Source: Thermoanaerobaculia bacterium (GTDB lineage Bacteria; Acidobacteriota; Thermoanaerobaculia; Multivoradales; JAHEKO01). Taken from it: a stretch of 36,789 bases of DNA. A program made the translations under genes and the position numbers. A model generated the notes under the pieces. It ran no database searches, had not been told where the DNA came from, and saw nothing but the letters and a program-made list of their open reading frames with translations. Numbering within the stretch: position 1 is the stretch's first letter; every line of letters begins with the position of its first letter. Location of the stretch: positions 1-36,789 of the forward strand of contig JBFGLX010000003.1 in assembly GCA_041575955.1 (NCBI GenBank), written 5' to 3'. Below, piece after piece: positions 33,181 through 36,789 of the stretch.

Positions 33181-33195
33181 GGGAGGGGGGGTGAG

Positions 33196-34599
33196 CTAGG
33201 CCGAGCGCTCGGCCAGGTGGCGCAAGCGCGCGCCGATGGCGGCGCGGTCGTCGCTCTCCACGGTCCGGAGGTCGAACAGCAGGGCGTCGTCCTGGGCACG
33301 CGCCAGGATCGCCGGCTCGCCCCGGCGAAGCTCGGCGGCGAGGGCGGCCACCGAGCACCACGCCGGCGCCACCGCAACGCCCCAGCTCGGCAGATCGTGG
33401 GTCGGAAGCGAGCCGCTGCCGGCCTGCGAGAAGCAGGCGACCGCCTCCGCCTCGAGGCCGGGAATGTCGGCCAGCTGCGCGGCCCACGCACCGGCCTCGC
33501 GCTCGAGCTCGTCGGCGTCCCTGGCGAGCCGCCGGAGCGCCGGAACCCGCTCGATCGCGTGCTCGTCCCCTCCCAGGTAGAGGCGCAGGGTCGCCTCGAG
33601 GGCACTGTAGACCAGGCGTCCGGGGCGCATCGCCCGGAACAGCGGGTGCCGGCGACACGCTTCGACCGGCGCCGCCCGGCCCGCGATCAGGCCCGCCTGC
33701 GGACCGCCGAGGAGCTTGTCGCCGCTGAAGCAGACCAGGTCGACGCCGGCCGCGATCAGCTCGGGCACCGACGGGTCGGCGATGTGGCCGGTCGCGGCCA
33801 GGTCGACCATGCTGCCCGAGCCGAGGTCGTAGACCACCGGCACTCCGCGCTCGCGCCCGACCTCGACCAGCGCTCGGACGTCGACCTCCGCGGTGAACCC
33901 GACCACCCGGTAGTTGGAGGTGTGGACCTTCAGGATCAGCCCGGTGTCGTCGTCGATCGCCCCTTCGTAGTCGCGCAGGTGGGTGCGATTGGTGGTACCG
34001 ACCTCGGTCAGCCGGGCGCCGCTCTCGGCCATGATCTCCGGCACCCGGTAGGAGCCGCCGATCTCGACCAGCTCGCCGCGCGAGACGATGACCCCCTTGC
34101 CCCGCGCCAGGGCGGCCAGCAGCACCAGCGTCGCCGCCGCGTTGTTGTTCACCACCGTGGCGTCCTCGCAGCCGGTGAGCTCGCGCAGGAGGTCCGCGCA
34201 GCCGCGGTCGCGGCCGCCCCGCTCGCCGCTTGCCAGGTCGATCTCGACCCGCTGCGGCTGGCCGGAGAGCTCGGCCAGAGCCGCGACCGCCTCGGGCGCC
34301 AGCGGGGCTCGGCCGAGCCCGGTGTGCAGGATGACGCCGGTGGCGTTGATCACCCGCCGGTAGTAGGTCCGCGAGCTCTCCGCCAGGCGCTCGCCGAGCC
34401 GCGCGCGGATCGCCTCGACGGAGATGTCGTCGGCGGACGCGCCCTCCTCGGCGATCCGCCGGCGCAGGTCGTCGAGGAGCCTACGCAGCTCGGAGAGCAC
34501 CTGCCGTCGCGGGTAGGCGGCGCACAGCTCCTCGAGCTCGCCGCCCATCAGGCGGTCGACCTTGGGCAGGCCGCGCAGAAGCTGTTGCGGGTCGGTCAT
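33196..34599 (-). CDS. selA: L-seryl-tRNA(Sec) selenium transferase (selenocysteine synthase), 467 aa
   Basis: VINATGVILHTGLGRAPL, VNNNAAA, SRGELVEIGGS, VHTSNY, DLGSG, FSGDKLLGGPQAG (PLP Lys). Confidence 0.96.
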   Translation of the reverse strand: MTDPQQLLRGLPKVDRLMGGELEELCAAYPRRQVLSELRRLLDDLRRRIAEEGASADDISVEAIRARLGERLAESSRTYYRRVINATGVILHTGLGRAPLAPEAVAALAELSGQPQRVEIDLASGERGGRDRGCADLLRELTGCEDATVVNNNAAATLVLLAALARGKGVIVSRGELVEIGGSYRVPEIMAESGARLTEVGTTNRTHLRDYEGAIDDDTGLILKVHTSNYRVVGFTAEVDVRALVEVGRERGVPVVYDLGSGSMVDLAATGHIADPSVPELIAAGVDLVCFSGDKLLGGPQAGLIAGRAAPVEACRRHPLFRAMRPGRLVYSALEATLRLYLGGDEHAIERVPALRRLARDADELEREAGAWAAQLADIPGLEAEAVACFSQAGSGSLPTHDLPSWGVAVAPAWCSVAALAAELRRGEPAILARAQDDALLFDLRTVESDDRAAIGARLRHLAERSA

Positions 34600-34611
34600 C
34601 GCCGACCCGCA
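34586..34611 (-). promoter_or_regulatory. Perfect 10-bp hairpin with the selA AUG in its loop
   Basis: mRNA strand reads UGCGGGUCGG-CGAUGA-CCGACCCGCA. Confidence 0.5.
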
Positions 34612-34630
34612 GAATACAACGTCGCTCCTC

Positions 34631-36106
34631 CTAGTCCGCCACCGGCAGCCCGCTCGGCACGCTCGACGGTACGAGGTCGCTCAGGTCCTCGGCCTGCGGA
34701 TCGGTGAGGCTGTCCAGGAACGCCAGCAGGTCTCGTACCTCGGCGTCGGACAGCTCGACCGGCGCCAACTCGTTGGCGGCGGCGATCTGCGCGCGCAGCT
34801 CTGGATGCCGCTGGACCCAGGTGTCGCGGGCCGCGAAATCCGCCAGCCGCGTGCGGCTGAGCCAGGTCGGCTCGAGCCGCGAGCCGCTCGCCGCCAGCTC
34901 GAGGACGGCGTCGATCGGCGGCAGGACGCGATCGGGCAGCGCGTAGCGCTCGAGCGAGCCGACCGGATCCAGATGGTGACGGACGACCGCTTCCAGGCGG
35001 TCGTAAGCGCCCGCGTGCCCCCAGGGTCCGGTGAGCGCCACGTTGCGCAGCGACGGCGTGCGGAACTTGTAGCGGTCCTCCGGGCGCGCCGTCTCGCGGC
35101 CGCGCCCGAAGTCCTCGGGGAACGCCTTGAGGCCGGTCGCCCGCCAGTAGTCGGCGTTCCAGCCGTCGGACTTTCCGGGTCCGATCTGCGGCATGGCGAT
35201 GGCGTGGAAGTCGTGGTCGGTCTGGAACTTGCCGCTGTGGCAGCCGGCGCACCCGGCGGCGCCGTAGAACAGCTCCATGCCGCGACGGGCGGGCGCGGTC
35301 AGGCTCGAGGAATCGCCGCGCAGGTAGCGGTCGAAGGGGCTCCGGTCGCTGCGGAAGCCGACGGTCTCGAAGGCCGCGATGGCGTTGGCCGCCAGGACGA
35401 AGGTGACGTCGTCCGGCCCGCGAACCCGCCGGGGGAAGGCCTCGGCGAAGCGCTCGACGTACTCGGGGATCGCGCGCAGGCGGCGGCCGAGAAGCTCCCA
35501 GACCCCGCCCGGCCCGGCCGCGTTGTTGAGCGACTGGGCGTCGGCGATCGGGTTCTCGCCCTTCTGTCCGGCCATCTCGGCGAACGAGGTGACCGGGAAC
35601 ATCGCCTGGGCGGCGAGCACGTTGTCCAGCCCGGCCGGCAGCTTCCACTTGGCGGGGGTCACGAACCCGCCTTCGAAGTGGCCGGCGGGATCGGTCTCGA
35701 CGCGGCCGTCGTGGAACAGGCGGATGAACTCGCGTGCTCCCAGGTTGAACAGGGCGGGGGAGTTGCGCGGCACGCGCTCGTGGATCGCCTTCGCCAGGGT
35801 CGCTCCGGGGCGGCGCTCGGGTCCGAGCCCGTCGGGGCCCTCGCCGAACGGCAAGGCGAGAGCGTCACCGCTGGCGAGCTGCGGATGGTGACAGGTCGCG
35901 CACGAGATGTTCCGGTTGCCGCTGAGGATCTTGTCGAAGAAGAGCAGGCGTCCGAGCTCGACGCGCGCGCTCGGCGGCCGGCCGTCGAAGTAGTAGTCGG
36001 CGTCGACCACCGGCTCGGGGAGCGGGATCGGTGCGCCCCGGTCGGCTGCATGGGCACCTGTCAGGGCGGCGCCGGCCAGAAGGACGAGGGGAAAGAGGGC
36101 TTTCAT
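34631..36106 (-). CDS. Di-heme cytochrome c peroxidase/MauG-superfamily protein, 491 aa
   Basis: Signal peptide MKALFPLVLLAGAALTGAHA, LGRLLFFD, CATCH, RNSPALFN, CAGCH, KFRTPSLRNV..TGPWGHAG. AGGAG RBS. Confidence 0.92.
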   Translation of the reverse strand: MKALFPLVLLAGAALTGAHAADRGAPIPLPEPVVDADYYFDGRPPSARVELGRLLFFDKILSGNRNISCATCHHPQLASGDALALPFGEGPDGLGPERRPGATLAKAIHERVPRNSPALFNLGAREFIRLFHDGRVETDPAGHFEGGFVTPAKWKLPAGLDNVLAAQAMFPVTSFAEMAGQKGENPIADAQSLNNAAGPGGVWELLGRRLRAIPEYVERFAEAFPRRVRGPDDVTFVLAANAIAAFETVGFRSDRSPFDRYLRGDSSSLTAPARRGMELFYGAAGCAGCHSGKFQTDHDFHAIAMPQIGPGKSDGWNADYWRATGLKAFPEDFGRGRETARPEDRYKFRTPSLRNVALTGPWGHAGAYDRLEAVVRHHLDPVGSLERYALPDRVLPPIDAVLELAASGSRLEPTWLSRTRLADFAARDTWVQRHPELRAQIAAANELAPVELSDAEVRDLLAFLDSLTDPQAEDLSDLVPSSVPSGLPVAD

Positions 36107-36171
36107 GGGTCTCTCCTGAGAGAAAGGACGCGGGGCCGAGCGCGTCGGCGGCCGGCCCCGGCCGCAGGTGG

Positions 36172-36789
36172 TTACTGAATTCCCTCCCGCGGCGGCAGCA
36201 TCACGAACAGGGGAACGTGCGCGGCGTAGCCGAAGGGACCGGGATGGCCGCCGTAGGTCCGGCCGTCGCTGTGCCAGTTGACGGCCAGCATCGACGTGGT
36301 CCAGACGTCCGAGAGCTCGAGGCAGGGCTTGAAGCGGCGTTGGAAGGTCGCGGTGCCGTCGGCCTCGGCGATGAAGACGCTGTCCGAGCCGTCCCGGGCG
36401 CCGAGCGGCAGATCCAGGGTGCCGGTGAAGGGCTCGGGCGGCGGCAGCGCGATGAACGCATGCCACATCGTGTAGACGCCGTTCGGCACCAGGCCGCTGA
36501 ACTCGAGGTCGAGCGTGCCCTCGCCGTCGTCGGCGCAGGTGTAGCGGCCGGTTCCGCGGTGGCGCAGCCACTCGCCGAGCGTCATGCCGGCCGGCTCGCC
36601 CTTCGGGTGCGGCCCGAGGGCCGCCGGGTCGAACGGGTTGTGCTCGACCGGCTCGGCGCTCTTGAACAGCGGCGCGCTCATGTCGTTGTCGCCGCGGGTC
36701 ACCCGGTAGACCTCGTCCGAGCCGGGCTCGCGCTCCAGGAACACGTCCTGCTCGGGGAGGTTCATGTCGAGGTGGGTGACGAACGCCAG
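36172..36789 (-). CDS. Hypothetical protein, 5'-partial (frame open to window edge)
   Basis: Host-like codon usage. The frame continues upstream of ATG 36765 (LAFVTHLDM). His/Trp motifs YTMWHAF, NWHSDG and GHPGPFGYAAH. Confidence 0.75.
   Translation of the reverse strand: MAFVTHLDMNLPEQDVFLEREPGSDEVYRVTRGDNDMSAPLFKSAEPVEHNPFDPAALGPHPKGEPAGMTLGEWLRHRGTGRYTCADDGEGTLDLEFSGLVPNGVYTMWHAFIALPPPEPFTGTLDLPLGARDGSDSVFIAEADGTATFQRRFKPCLELSDVWTTSMLAVNWHSDGRTYGGHPGPFGYAAHVPLFVMLPPREGIQ

Noticed and set aside
36107-36571. 155-aa N-terminal extension of the peroxidase
   Set aside because: It overlaps the upstream gene in another frame. The signal peptide and RBS place the start at 36106.
1-36789. Selenoprotein (in-frame UGA) suggested by selA
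   Set aside because: All TGA-terminated genes end at the expected family C-terminus or in start/stop overlaps. I saw no motif-bearing read-through.

Overview
A 36.8 kb, very GC-rich (roughly 70% or more, judged by eye) stretch of a diderm bacterial chromosome with 28 credible CDSs. I see no rRNA, tRNA, CRISPR array or transposase. Left to right: a MacB-type ABC exporter operon; a GH20 hexosaminidase and a MoaD/ThiS-beta-propeller fusion; a response-regulator receiver fused to LpxC; a membrane EAL protein; an S8 protease; a fused 2-oxoacid dehydrogenase E1; SufT; a small CxxC-CxxC protein; a pilV/W/X-like trio; a polyphosphate locus (CYTH-CHAD, ParA, ppk1, SixA, and a 2-phosphoglycerate kinase-ApgM mutase fusion); a DUF2235 lipase-like protein; a CDF transporter; SSADH; MscS; NDH-2; selA; a di-heme peroxidase and a partial partner gene. 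The best candidates for undescribed biology are (1) the REC-LpxC fusion with both catalytic sets intact, (2) the polyP locus, with a CHAD-coupled orphan ParA and an archaeal-type 2PGK-ApgM fusion, (3) a ubiquitin-like domain whose GG motif is internal, and (4) a family of CTAG-ended palindromic MITE-like repeats whose ends overlap stop codons. All calls come from motif recognition only; no database searches were run, so novelty is unverified.
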